Notes: generated from the sequence alone by a model not told the origin. DNA of 64,000 nt from Candidatus Bathyarchaeia archaeon (GCA_050012255.1 JBEKHN010000003.1:1-64000); one strand, 5' to 3'; positions 1 to 9,666 are shown, counted from the first letter of the stretch. Program-made: numbers and translations.

Positions 1-93
1 AAGGAGTGGGATATGGGCAGGAACAAAAAGATACATGTTAAGCAGTACGAGTGTTGCGGGAAAAAGTTCCGTGAATATGGAAAGAAGGTTTAG
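1..93 (+). CDS. 3' end of small zinc-ribbon-like protein (partial, window edge)
   Basis: Frame 1 reads KEWDMGRNKKIHVKQYECCGKKFREYGKKV*; W...Y-x-CCGKKFREY resembles small archaeal Cren7-like/Zn-ribbon proteins; convergent with the integrase. Confidence 0.45.
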   Translation, partial: KEWDMGRNKKIHVKQYECCGKKFREYGKKV

Positions 94-192
94 GAGCTGC
101 GTATGCTTTTCAGGAGCGCGCTCTCTGCAGAGGTTTTAGCCTCGGCAGGGAGACTCTTTGAAGCTCGGAAAAATACTAGGGGGGTAGGTGGG

Positions 193-1455
193 TTACCGGA
201 CGCGCTTGACGATGACCTCGCCGTTTGAGAGTTCTTTAATTATTTCCCAACCATCTTTGAGGTGCGCTAAGAGCTGGGCCTCAGGTATCTGGGAGAACTC
301 GGCGCAGTGCTCACCGTCTGGGCAGTCATCAGCTTTTTGAGCTTCTTTCGCAACGCGCTTCTTATCTTCCTTAAGCTCATCTCCAGTCCTAAGACGATAT
401 TGTCGCCTTATCTCTGCCCGCTCAGTTTCTAACTTCTCAATTCTTTCTAGAACCTCTTTCGGAACTGCCGGTGCTTCGCTGCTGGTAAATTCTAAGATCG
501 GGACAGCTTCGCGGAACTTGGCTCGTAGCATTTCGATATTGGGTTGGCTATACGGCGCCTCTGCTCCCCCAGGTTTTCTTCCCCTTATCACTTTTGCCCA
601 GTTTGGCGATATTCCCGTCTGCTCAAGCGCCGTCGTAACCCACCTGCGACCGTCATGCCAACTAAACGCGACGCCTGTGTTCCTACTCAGCTCGTAGATT
701 AAGCCTGAGAAACCTCGATACTGGAGAGGTTTATACTTCGTATAGACCTCAAGCCACGTGTTATCTTCTGCTGTCAGTTTCCTCCCGAGTTTCTGCTCGA
801 TCCATTCCTTATAGTTGACCAGGTCTCTTTTTGCCTCTGGGGTTAGAAATGTGACCTGTCTGACGCCTCTATACTTTCCCTGGCCGTGGCCTTTCAGAAG
901 CTCAGGCTCTATGTTTATGCACGGCAAGTCGATTTTTTCCCAGTTTTCCTCCAGATGTGACCACTTGAGCTTCGTGAGGGTTTCTTTCGCGACGCCTGTT
1001 GAGTTGACGAAGGTTATTAGAGCTTTGTCGCGCGGGTTAAGCGCCCAACTCCAGAGTTTTCGGAGGCCCTCTTTCGTGAGTTTGTTATAAGGCTTGACCT
1101 TTTCTAGAACCACAGTTCCTGCCGCTTTGGCCAAATCGACATAGTTGTGACGAAAGAAAGACCTCACCGCTATACTCAGGTGGAACTGGATAGAGCTTCT
1201 TACGCCTTTAGCCTTCGCCTCGGCGACATAATCGTCTAACATTTTTTCAGCCAAGTTGGCAGAAGGGTTTGCGCGTTTTAGTTCTAGGAGTTCTGGGGGT
1301 GACTTCTTAGACCACTGGCAGAAGCGGTAGAGGCTGTAGGCGCTTCTATCTTTGACCTGTAGCTTCGCGAGCCACCGCGTAACGTCTGGGTACTTCTGGG
1401 CCCAGAGTTCTATTACGTTAGACTCTCTTACTTGTTCGGTCATGTTCTCATCCAT
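193..1455 (-). CDS. Tyrosine recombinase/integrase family protein
   Basis: RDKALITFVNSTG box I, HDGRR (H-x-x-R) box II, Tyr in EAPYSQP; N-terminal core-binding-like domain. Confidence 0.85.
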   Translation of the reverse strand: MDENMTEQVRESNVIELWAQKYPDVTRWLAKLQVKDRSAYSLYRFCQWSKKSPPELLELKRANPSANLAEKMLDDYVAEAKAKGVRSSIQFHLSIAVRSFFRHNYVDLAKAAGTVVLEKVKPYNKLTKEGLRKLWSWALNPRDKALITFVNSTGVAKETLTKLKWSHLEENWEKIDLPCINIEPELLKGHGQGKYRGVRQVTFLTPEAKRDLVNYKEWIEQKLGRKLTAEDNTWLEVYTKYKPLQYRGFSGLIYELSRNTGVAFSWHDGRRWVTTALEQTGISPNWAKVIRGRKPGGAEAPYSQPNIEMLRAKFREAVPILEFTSSEAPAVPKEVLERIEKLETERAEIRRQYRLRTGDELKEDKKRVAKEAQKADDCPDGEHCAEFSQIPEAQLLAHLKDGWEIIKELSNGEVIVKRVR

Positions 1456-1594
1456 AGACTATAGGCTGCGGCTTTAATAACTGTTTGGTTCTAAACCGAT
1501 GTTATTATATAAGTATCTGTAAATCTTCTTCAAAAAATCACATAAAAAAGGAGGCTGGCTATTAGCGCAGTGTTTACTCACACCACAGGTTGGT

Positions 1595-2521
1595 TCATGC
1601 TTTTGCATAGAGAGCGAGTTCAGATGGGCTACCGGATGCCAGCTTGCGATATTGCTCCCAGTCCTCGTCAATCCATTTGTGGACTTTTTCAATGTCTTCT
1701 TCCGACATGTTGCGGAATCGACCCTGCGACGTAAAATACTCCTTAACGGGCTTGCGCTTGGCCTTGTCAACTAGTCGGTCGCTGGGAGAGTTGAGCTTGA
1801 ACTTCCCATCCTCAATCTCATAAAGAACCCACAAACCGGTCAGCACTGCCAGCCGACCCATCTCTATCGTCTTACTGGTGTCGTATCGCCATCCAGTCGG
1901 GCATGGTGCTAGGAGGTGGATGTATTTTGTCCCCTTGATCTCCTTGGCTTTTCTAAGCTTGTTCACAAAGTCCAATGGGTAGGAGGTACAAGCAGTCGCG
2001 ACGTAGGGTATTCTGTGGGCAGCCATTATGAGCGGCATATCCTTCTTACGCTCTCTCTTTCCAGACGGTGTGGTGGTGGTCCAAGCCCCGTAGGGTGTAG
2101 CTCCACTCCGCTGCATTCCAGTGTTGCCGTAGGCTTCGTTGTCATAGCATACGTAGATGAAGTTAGTTCCTCTTTCAGCCGCTCCTGACAGGGCTTGAAT
2201 CCCAATGTCAACAGTTCCGCCGTCTCCAGCCCAGCCCACAACAGTGATGTCTTCGAGGTTTCTCTTCTTCAATGCCGCAACGATTCCTGATGCTGCCGCA
2301 CCTGTAGACTCAAACAATACGTTTTCAAGAGGAACAGCAGAAGAAGTATAAGGATAGGGTCCCTGAATCACTGTCGTACAACACGCTGGGACAGCCATTA
2401 TAACCTTGTTGCCTAACGCTTTAAAGAGTAAGCGCAGTGAGACAGCTGGACCGCAGCCAGCACAGGCAGCATGACCTTTCAGCAGGTACTCTTCCTTCGG
2501 AAGATCTTTTATCGTCACCAT
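1595..2521 (-). CDS. porB: Pyruvate/2-oxoacid:ferredoxin oxidoreductase beta subunit
   Basis: GHAACAGCG, GDGG...DNEAYGNTG TPP motif, PCPTGW. Confidence 0.95.
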   Translation of the reverse strand: MVTIKDLPKEEYLLKGHAACAGCGPAVSLRLLFKALGNKVIMAVPACCTTVIQGPYPYTSSAVPLENVLFESTGAAASGIVAALKKRNLEDITVVGWAGDGGTVDIGIQALSGAAERGTNFIYVCYDNEAYGNTGMQRSGATPYGAWTTTTPSGKRERKKDMPLIMAAHRIPYVATACTSYPLDFVNKLRKAKEIKGTKYIHLLAPCPTGWRYDTSKTIEMGRLAVLTGLWVLYEIEDGKFKLNSPSDRLVDKAKRKPVKEYFTSQGRFRNMSEEDIEKVHKWIDEDWEQYRKLASGSPSELALYAKA

Positions 2522-2527
2522 CTCTCT

Positions 2528-3706
2528 TCACTCCTTCAAGTCGACCCATTCGGTCATTCTTTCAACCTTGCCAGCGTGCATCCATTTCAGTGATTTCCGA
2601 GCCATTCTTTCAATGGTCTCGGCGGTTACGTCTCTGCCTCCCAAGCCCGCGATGAAACCGGCCACCATGGGCCCATCTTTATCGTCAAACAGGGCTGCTT
2701 TGGTTTCTGATGCCAGAAAACCCTCCATTCCAAAGGATATGTGGCGGTCAATCGTTGAGATCATTTGGGCGTTTCCAGCCAGCTTAGCGATCTCTTCCAC
2801 TGGGTATGGACGATAGACACGGACTCTTGCCGACCCAACTTTCTGTCCTTCTTGGCGCAGTCTGTCAACAGCCAGTTTGGCGTCACTGGCCATTGTTCCC
2901 ATCGTCAGCATTATCAGGTCTGCATCCTCACACTTGTATTTGTCAATGAGACCGCCGTATTCTCTTCCAAAATGCTTGGCATACTCTCTGTCAATCTGTG
3001 GGATCAATCGCTTGGCATTCTCCATGGCTTCTTGAATCATGTAGCGAAACTCCATGTACCATTCGGGCGAAACCAGATTGGCGTGAGAGGTCGGACGATT
3101 GACATCCAGGGTCCAGCCAGACTTGTACTCTGGCAGGAAATCATCGATCTTGTCTTGGTCTGGAATACTGACAGGCGCGTAAGTGTGAGATAAGATGAAA
3201 CCTTCGAGACAGACCATCGCTGGCAGAAAGACCTTTTCATTCTCGCACAGCTTGTAGGCTTGAATTATAGTGTCAAAAACTTCCTGATTGTCAGCGCAGT
3301 AGAACTGAATCCAACCTGTGTCTCGCTGGGAAAGAGAATCGCTGAGGTCGGGCCATATGCTCCATGGAGCCCCCATAGCGCGATTTACAACGGCCATCAC
3401 AACTGGCAAGCGTGAGCCCGATGCCCAGTGCAAAGCTTCATGCATAAGGGCCAGACCATGAGCTGACGTAGCCGTGAAAGTTCTAACCCCAGTCGCAGCA
3501 GCAGACATGCAAGCCACCATAGCGCTATGCTCAGATTCCACGCGAATGTACTCCGCGTCCATCTGTCCCGTTTCCACAAAGTCAGCTATCTTCTCAATAA
3601 TGGTTGTCTGAGGAGTAATGGGGTAGGCTGCAACAACCTTAACCCTCGCGGCTTTCGCAGCATAACCCGCTATGTGATTTGCCGTATCAATTATCATCTG
3701 CGCCAT
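2528..3706 (-). CDS. porA: Pyruvate/2-oxoacid:ferredoxin oxidoreductase alpha subunit
   Basis: YPITPQT, ESEHSA, GLGGRD; start ATG at 3706 overlaps the porD stop (TAATG). Confidence 0.95.
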   Translation of the reverse strand: MAQMIIDTANHIAGYAAKAARVKVVAAYPITPQTTIIEKIADFVETGQMDAEYIRVESEHSAMVACMSAAATGVRTFTATSAHGLALMHEALHWASGSRLPVVMAVVNRAMGAPWSIWPDLSDSLSQRDTGWIQFYCADNQEVFDTIIQAYKLCENEKVFLPAMVCLEGFILSHTYAPVSIPDQDKIDDFLPEYKSGWTLDVNRPTSHANLVSPEWYMEFRYMIQEAMENAKRLIPQIDREYAKHFGREYGGLIDKYKCEDADLIMLTMGTMASDAKLAVDRLRQEGQKVGSARVRVYRPYPVEEIAKLAGNAQMISTIDRHISFGMEGFLASETKAALFDDKDGPMVAGFIAGLGGRDVTAETIERMARKSLKWMHAGKVERMTEWVDLKE

Positions 3707-3993
3707 TACTCTTCCTCCCGCTTCATCGTTATTGCCTTGGTCGGACACTCGTTCGCGCATATTCCGCAGCCCTTGCAGTAGTCATAGTCTATCTCCGGAG
3801 AATCGTCCTCTCGCCGAGTGATAGCTGCGTCCGGGCAGTAGACCCAGCAAAGAGTGCAACGCGTGCACTTGCTGTAATCGACTTCCGGACAGAACGTTCT
3901 CCACGATCCTGTTTTTCCCATGCTCCCGACCGTTGGGGAGGACAGAGGTGTGAGAGGCCATTCTTTACGACTCTTTGTAGTCGCATTCATCAT
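3706..3993 (-). CDS. porD: 2-oxoacid:ferredoxin oxidoreductase delta subunit (2x[4Fe-4S])
   Basis: TGSWRT, CTRCTLCWVYCP, DYCKGCGICANECP. Confidence 0.95.
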   Translation of the reverse strand: MMNATTKSRKEWPLTPLSSPTVGSMGKTGSWRTFCPEVDYSKCTRCTLCWVYCPDAAITRREDDSPEIDYDYCKGCGICANECPTKAITMKREEE

Positions 3994-4559
3994 CCTTCAC
4001 TGTCCCACCATTTTGTCACACGTTCATAGGCCAGTTCTGTCGCTTTCGAATTCTTCTCGCCAGCAGCACCTGCCCAGGTTTGTTTGACGGCATTGAACAC
4101 GCTCTCCAGTTTTACCTCGTCTGTTGCTCTGACAAACGCGCCTAAGATTGACGTGTTAACAACAGGCAAGCCTGCAACAAGCAGGTTGAGTTCAAGAGCT
4201 ATTCCAGTCGCATCAACCGTGGCGACTCGCCAGCCTCCTAAGCCAATTTCTTCAGGCTTTCTCTTCGTATTAATGACGACAATCCCGTTCTTTTTCAGTC
4301 CTTCAGTTACATCCACAACCTTGTAGATGTAAGGGTCAAGCACTATGACATAGTCAGGATTGTAAACTTGACTGTGCACAAGTATCGGATCACTGCTCAC
4401 CCTAGCGAACGCTTTAACCGGAGCACCTCGGCGCTCTGCTCCAAAATATGGAAAGGCTTGGACCCATTTACCCTCGATAAAAGCGGCGTGAGCTAGAACT
4501 TCTGCCGCAGTGACGCTTCCTTGGCCACCGCGACCATGGATCCTGATTTCTTTTAGCAC
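3990..4559 (-). CDS. porG: 2-oxoacid:ferredoxin oxidoreductase gamma subunit
   Basis: EIRIHGRGGQG, FGAERRGAPV. Confidence 0.95.
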   Translation of the reverse strand: MLKEIRIHGRGGQGSVTAAEVLAHAAFIEGKWVQAFPYFGAERRGAPVKAFARVSSDPILVHSQVYNPDYVIVLDPYIYKVVDVTEGLKKNGIVVINTKRKPEEIGLGGWRVATVDATGIALELNLLVAGLPVVNTSILGAFVRATDEVKLESVFNAVKQTWAGAAGEKNSKATELAYERVTKWWDSEG

Positions 4560-4617
4560 AGGTTCCGCCTTCTACCGAGAAGTTAACCATGGAAAACTCG
4601 ACCTTATTAGTGTTAGC

Positions 4618-6444
4618 TCAAACAAACCACAAAAACAACATTAATAGCAAGCCAGCAGTTACAAAGATTGGGGCAATGATTTTCTTTGCTGTTTGAACAG
4701 TTTTGTCTATCAATAAACATAAGGTCTCAAGCTGCTTCGCTCCGAGAACCGTGATGTCAGCAACTTTTATGCCGCTACAGGAGGCTCTTACAGGCTCCAA
4801 ATCAGAGGTTGCAGTGCGCGCTGCTTCTATTACATAGCCTACCAGCTTCTCCCTATTCATTACCTCTCCGACTGGGTGGTAACCATGTCCTCCCAATATC
4901 AGCGCGCTGACTGAATGAGTGTCTGTTGTGAAGACTTCGCCCTCGTCAACCCCCATTGACTTCAGAGCCGAAAGAATGTCTTCGCGCAAGCCAGAAACCA
5001 TGTTGTTTCCGTCGATAACAACATAGGCTGCTTTCTGCTCCCCACACTTGACAACGACTGCAGTGATGCCGCCAGGTCCCATGCCATCTTCGAGGGTGAA
5101 CTCTTTAGGCGCGACGGTCGCGGCTCCGACTTCAAACGGCAACTGTTCGAGCGAAACCACTTTGTCTAGACACTTAGTTGCAGCATCCTTCAAAGACTCA
5201 AGAGAGTCTTGCATCTTTGCAGGTCCGTCAATACTGTTGTGTGCGTTAACTACTGCGCAGAAGTTTAGGCCTCTTCTCTCAGCTTCATCTCGGACGAACA
5301 GACCAATTTCTTTCGGTAGATCTTCAATCGTCTTAGGTGCCATGGTGAACGAAATTATGGCGGATTTGCCGAAAACTTGGCAGCATGCAGTAGCCAAACC
5401 ATTTGTGACTTTTACGAAAGGAGACGCTTTCGCTTCAGAAACTTCTAGACTTCGTGCAGACGCAACGGTTTGTTCAATGACCTTCTCATTCTGCCTCTGA
5501 GAAGCCAAATCAAACTCGTGGCCAAGCAAACCATGGGGAACGCAGGCAACGCAGCCTAACTGCTTCTCTAAAGAGGTCTTTAGTAGTGAAGGCAAAAGAC
5601 TACTTCCAATATTTTTAAAGGGCCCTGGGTGAATGGAAGGAACGACAATAACCGCCTTAGGCTTCGCAGAGGCGAACTTCAGAAGGCAAGCTTCAACATT
5701 TCTCTTTTCACCTAACTCCTCAAGGAGATGCTCAAAAGGCGCGTTCAGACCTAAGACCCAGTTGAGCATGAACGCCCTGAAAAGTGACAGCGATTGCATC
5801 CCCAGCGCCCGCTTGCCCACATTGTCTAAAAAGTGGAGAAAAGTGAAAGTCGAAACAAGAGCCACAACCACGGAAAAAACAAGGAATGCAGGCACACGTA
5901 TCGAGATCGAATTTCCGATTCCAGTCCAGAACGCCAAGAAAGGAACCATGCACAAAAACGGTTGGAGAAAAGAGGCAGCAAGAAATCTTGCATAACTCAT
6001 CGCTGATGTTGAAGAGAACGCAACCAAACGCAACATTATGGCAGCCGAGAAGCCCATGAGACAAAACCTGATCCACCATTCTTCCAAACCAAGTAAAACA
6101 GTCAAACCAGCGCCCAAAAAAATGAAAAGGAGCCAAATTGCCCAGCAAAACAGAGAGAGGGCCATCGTGCGTCTCAAGTTATAGATCGTGCCTTGCTTCA
6201 GGATCAGCGTGCTTGCCGCATAGTCAGCGGCTAGACTTGCAGAGAAGACTGCCATGCCCAATAGAAAGCCATAAGTCAGCCCTTTCAAAGAGGGAAAGAG
6301 GACCACTGTAGACAGTAGGCCCCCGCCGACGCAAGAAAGCGCCGATAGCAGGAAGACCTCTTGGTCAGATGGAAGCCTGAACAGTGACGAATAGCGCTTC
6401 ACCGCCCTATCCATAGACCGCTTCAGTGAATCTTCAGTTAGCAT
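4618..6444 (-). CDS. DUF2070-like archaeal membrane protein
   Basis: N-terminal TM helices, HPGPF, NAHN, DGNNM, TTDTH motifs; start taken as MLTEDS. Confidence 0.75.
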   Translation of the reverse strand: MLTEDSLKRSMDRAVKRYSSLFRLPSDQEVFLLSALSCVGGGLLSTVVLFPSLKGLTYGFLLGMAVFSASLAADYAASTLILKQGTIYNLRRTMALSLFCWAIWLLFIFLGAGLTVLLGLEEWWIRFCLMGFSAAIMLRLVAFSSTSAMSYARFLAASFLQPFLCMVPFLAFWTGIGNSISIRVPAFLVFSVVVALVSTFTFLHFLDNVGKRALGMQSLSLFRAFMLNWVLGLNAPFEHLLEELGEKRNVEACLLKFASAKPKAVIVVPSIHPGPFKNIGSSLLPSLLKTSLEKQLGCVACVPHGLLGHEFDLASQRQNEKVIEQTVASARSLEVSEAKASPFVKVTNGLATACCQVFGKSAIISFTMAPKTIEDLPKEIGLFVRDEAERRGLNFCAVVNAHNSIDGPAKMQDSLESLKDAATKCLDKVVSLEQLPFEVGAATVAPKEFTLEDGMGPGGITAVVVKCGEQKAAYVVIDGNNMVSGLREDILSALKSMGVDEGEVFTTDTHSVSALILGGHGYHPVGEVMNREKLVGYVIEAARTATSDLEPVRASCSGIKVADITVLGAKQLETLCLLIDKTVQTAKKIIAPIFVTAGLLLMLFLWFV

Positions 6445-6703
6445 CAGATTCCTCGAGAGTAGCTTTGCTAAGGAGAAGTGCACACATATTAAATTGTCGT
6501 GATCCTCAGCATGGAAGACCCCAATCAATTGAAGCATAATTTAGATAATTTCTATATGCATGAAGCTCAAGCTCTAACATGAAACCGCCTATGTTGACTC
6601 CGCAGGTTTCATCTGAAGAAACATGGTACCATCAGCACAGTATATATTCAGGAACGGCAACTATTTTATCCGTAAAGTAGAATTACAAGGTTTTGCGAAT
6701 CCT

Positions 6704-6991
6704 ATGCCAGAGCAGAACATCCCACCGACGATATTTCATATGCTTGAGAAAAACGTGGGAAACAAAATACGCGTGATCTTGGATCCTGCCTACGGTTTTG
6801 AAGGAACTCTTGCGGCTGTAACTCGAGAACCGGCGGGCATATGGCTATCAGAGAGTGAAGCCATCATTCTGCGCGCAACGATCGCACAGCCAATACCGCA
6901 GGTTGCAAGCCGAGAGGAAAGAAGCGAGATATTTGTGCACTTGAACTCCGTGCAGCGAATAGAAGTTTTACATGCTCCTTCTCGTCGTTAG
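6704..6991 (+). CDS. Small Sm/Lsm-fold-like hypothetical protein
   Basis: LEKNVGNKIRVIL...FEGTL and EIFVHLNSVQRIEV resemble Sm1/Sm2 motifs. Confidence 0.5.
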   Translation: MPEQNIPPTIFHMLEKNVGNKIRVILDPAYGFEGTLAAVTREPAGIWLSESEAIILRATIAQPIPQVASREERSEIFVHLNSVQRIEVLHAPSRR

Positions 6992-7000
6992 AGTTGCAGT

Positions 7001-7174
7001 CTAAGTGAAGAATATGTGGGCTAGGGAGCACACGACTATCAGCGCCACTGAGAATGCCACAAGCACTTCAGGCCCAACCTTAACGCCCTCAGTTTCCTCT
7101 TCAAAGAATCTCAGCAGCCCCGCACTTGCAGCCGGCATTGGTGACCTGCTTTCTTTCTTTTTCTTACTACTCAA
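7001..7174 (-). CDS. secG: Protein translocase subunit Sec61beta/SecG
   Basis: Not in ORF track; TTG start, MSSKKKKESRSPMPAASAGLLRFFEEETEGVKVGPEVLVAFSVALIVVCSLAHIFFT; AGLLRFFEE signature plus one TM helix. Confidence 0.88.
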   Translation of the reverse strand: MSSKKKKESRSPMPAASAGLLRFFEEETEGVKVGPEVLVAFSVALIVVCSLAHIFFT

Positions 7175-7293
7175 TTTGAAAACCTCAGCAGGATGCTGAG
7201 TAACCTAGCATTCGCTACGTTATTAACGTTACGCCGGCTCAAAGAGTTTTTATTTTTGAACAAGTCATATGTTGATGCAAAAAGGCGATTTCA

Positions 7294-8610
7294 ATGTCCA
7301 CTCCAAGAGACGAATATGACCATGTTTTTGACCTCCTTCAAAAGCATCACAAATGGTTCCAGGACAGCATTCCCCTCATAGCAAGCGAAAACGTGCCAAG
7401 TCCAGCCGTCCGTGAGGCAATAATAACAGACTTCGGCAACAGGTATGCAGAAGGCTGGCCTGGAGAAAGAGTCTACGCCGGTTGCCGCTTCATCGACGAA
7501 GTAGAGTTCAAATGTATTGAACTCATGAAACGACTTTTCAAAGCAGAATTTGTGGACGTTAGACCCATTTCAGGCGTCGTCGCAAACCTAGCAGTCTATA
7601 CGGCTTTCACTGAGCCCGGAGACACTCTGATGGCACTGTCGATCCCCAGCGGAGGTCACATAACGTCGGGCAAGAAGGAACTCGGAGGCACGGCAGGGGC
7701 AGTCAAGGGGTTGAACGTTGAATACCTGCCCTTGGACTACAAAGAATTGAACATAGATGTGGACAAAGCGAAAATTAAGATCAAGGAACTTGCTGCGAAG
7801 GGCAAGCCTCCGAAATTTGTCATGTTCGGCGCGAGTGTTTTCCCGTTTCCCCATCCCGTCAAGGAGCTGGCGGAGATCATTCGTTCGGTCGGGGCAACCG
7901 TGGGGTATGACGCAGCGCACGTAGCAGGATTGATTGCCGGAGGGCAATTCCAAGACCCGCTTAAGGAGGGGGCAGACGTTGTCAGTCTGAGCACGCACAA
8001 AACGTTCTTTGGACCGCAACACGGTGGAATTCTCTCTTGGGATAAGTATGCCGAAAGAATAAAGAAGGCCACTTTTCCGGGAATGGTCAGCAACCACCAC
8101 TTACACGAAGTTGCTGGACTTACCGTTGCATGCGCAGAGATGCTTCAATTTGGAGAAGAATATGCAAACCAGATAGTGAAAAATGCCAAAGCTCTCGCCC
8201 AAGCGCTGCACGAGAGGGGCCTCAACGTCTTAGCTGAACACAAGGGATTCACGCAGTCACACGTCATTTTGATCGACATAACCAAGCACGGTGACGGCGG
8301 CACGATCGAGCAGACGTTGGAAATGGCGAACATAATCATAAACAGAAACCTACTCCCATGGGACATTAAGGAGGGAAGGCATTTCATGCATCCCGGCGGC
8401 ATAAGAATGGGAACTTCTGAAGTCACTAGACTCGGATTGAAAGAACCTGAAATGGCAGAGATAGCAGAATTCGTCAAGCGCGTCATAATAGACAAGGAGC
8501 CACCGGAAAAGGTGCAAGCGGACGTCGCAGAGTTCAGAAGAGACTATCAGAAAGTACATTTCTGCTTCGAAAACATGACAGAAGCCTACAAGTACATAAA
8601 AATCCGCTGA
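7294..8610 (+). CDS. glyA: Serine hydroxymethyltransferase (archaeal type)
   Basis: LIASEN, NRYAEG, STHKT PLP-lysine motif. Confidence 0.97.
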   Translation: MSTPRDEYDHVFDLLQKHHKWFQDSIPLIASENVPSPAVREAIITDFGNRYAEGWPGERVYAGCRFIDEVEFKCIELMKRLFKAEFVDVRPISGVVANLAVYTAFTEPGDTLMALSIPSGGHITSGKKELGGTAGAVKGLNVEYLPLDYKELNIDVDKAKIKIKELAAKGKPPKFVMFGASVFPFPHPVKELAEIIRSVGATVGYDAAHVAGLIAGGQFQDPLKEGADVVSLSTHKTFFGPQHGGILSWDKYAERIKKATFPGMVSNHHLHEVAGLTVACAEMLQFGEEYANQIVKNAKALAQALHERGLNVLAEHKGFTQSHVILIDITKHGDGGTIEQTLEMANIIINRNLLPWDIKEGRHFMHPGGIRMGTSEVTRLGLKEPEMAEIAEFVKRVIIDKEPPEKVQADVAEFRRDYQKVHFCFENMTEAYKYIKIR

Positions 8611-8633
8611 CCCCCTTGGCTTTTCGCTAAGAG

Positions 8634-8839
8634 TAGCACGTTAGCGTGTTGTGAAATCTTTTGGGAAGCAGATTGTGCTACTCATTCTGCTCCTCAACCA
8701 TATTTGGGTCATATAGGATACCCCGGAGGGAGGACTTGAGCACGAAAGCACCCAGCCCGAACCGTAACAGCAACCATCCCCATCGGAAAACGCCATGCCT
8801 CCCTCTTGAACAGAATTTAAGGAACAAGCATGTGCACTA
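8634..8839. repeat. Degenerate inverted-repeat-bounded element (TAGCGCGC family)
   Basis: 8634-8657 matches the family left end at 17/24; 8821-8839 GGAACAAGCATGTGCACTA matches the right end at 16/19. Confidence 0.45.
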
Positions 8840-8852
8840 CAGGCACTGGAAC

Positions 8853-9050
8853 CAGCGCGCTGCCTTGTCCCTTTATTATGCGTGCGCACTTGAACAGCCC
8901 ACACAGCTCCGGATCCAACGTGAACAGCCTCACCGTTTTCAACGATGCTCGCCAACTGTATATGCAAAATGTATATGCAAAATGTATATGCAAAACGTAT
9001 ATGCTCTCAGGTGCGCGCTATTTGCGAATTTAGTGACAAGCCAACGCGCT
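8853..9050 (+). repeat. Dispersed repeat with 13-bp tandem array (TGTATATGCAAAA x~3.7)
   Basis: 8913-9050 aligns to the reverse complement of 59094-59218; tandem units at 8957-9004. Confidence 0.85.
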
Positions 9051-9097
9051 CCAAAACTTATCTTATACACTGCGGACTCTTGCCTTAAGCAGAAGGG

Positions 9098-9397
9098 GTG
9101 AAACGCAAGGTGCATATCCGCGAGTTTCAAGAGATGATGCGACGCGTGTATTTTCACAGAGACTGTGAACGAGGCATGGCCGGAACATATGAGTGGCTCA
9201 CTGATGAGGTTAGAGAGTTGGGTGAAGCATTAGACGCGAATGATAAGGAAGAATTGGAAGGTGAGTTTGCGGACGTCGTTGCGTGGTTAGCCTCTCTCGC
9301 TAACATCACAGGCATAGACCTAGAGAAAGCAACTCTCAGGAAATATGACAACAAGTGTCCAAAATGCGGACATTCGCCCTGCGAGTGCACTTTTTAG
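9098..9397 (+). CDS. MazG-like nucleotide pyrophosphohydrolase
   Basis: DEVRELGEAL...GEFADVVAWL; C-terminal CPKCGHSPCEC. Confidence 0.85.
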   Translation: MKRKVHIREFQEMMRRVYFHRDCERGMAGTYEWLTDEVRELGEALDANDKEELEGEFADVVAWLASLANITGIDLEKATLRKYDNKCPKCGHSPCECTF

Positions 9398-9666
9398 CCG
9401 GAGGTTTCCAGCCGCTTCTGCCCCATCCCGGTCAAACCCCAAACGTACGGCCTGCCGCCCTTTCGTTCCACGATGCCCTCTGCCGCCAGCAGCTTTAAAT
9501 GGTGCATAGCAACTCCGTAGCGCAACCCAGATTCCTTCGCAACCTCCTTGGCATCGCCTGACAGTTTCTCCAAGACATTCAGTATTTTTGTTCTGGCCCT
9601 CAGGCCTAGCTTCATGTTCTTTATGCTTGCCAAGTAGGCGTTAGGATGATAAGTCTCCTTAAGCAT
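9394..9666 (-). CDS. Small winged-helix (ArsR-like) DNA-binding protein
   Basis: RTKILNVL...AKEVAKESGLRYGVAMHHLKLLAAEGIVER. Confidence 0.75.
   Translation of the reverse strand: MLKETYHPNAYLASIKNMKLGLRARTKILNVLEKLSGDAKEVAKESGLRYGVAMHHLKLLAAEGIVERKGGRPYVWGLTGMGQKRLETSG

Noticed and set aside
1533-1594. tRNA or att site next to the integrase
   Set aside because: No cloverleaf, T-loop or CCA; looks like the porB 3' UTR with T-tract terminators on the minus strand
8725-8805. GAGGGAGG...CCTCCCTC stem as RNase P, SRP or other ncRNA
   Set aside because: Only an 8-bp closing stem; no RNase P or SRP signature motifs; it lies within a degenerate repeat element
8957-9004. Possible CRISPR array
   Set aside because: The 13-bp units are contiguous with no spacers and there are no cas genes; it is a tandem repeat
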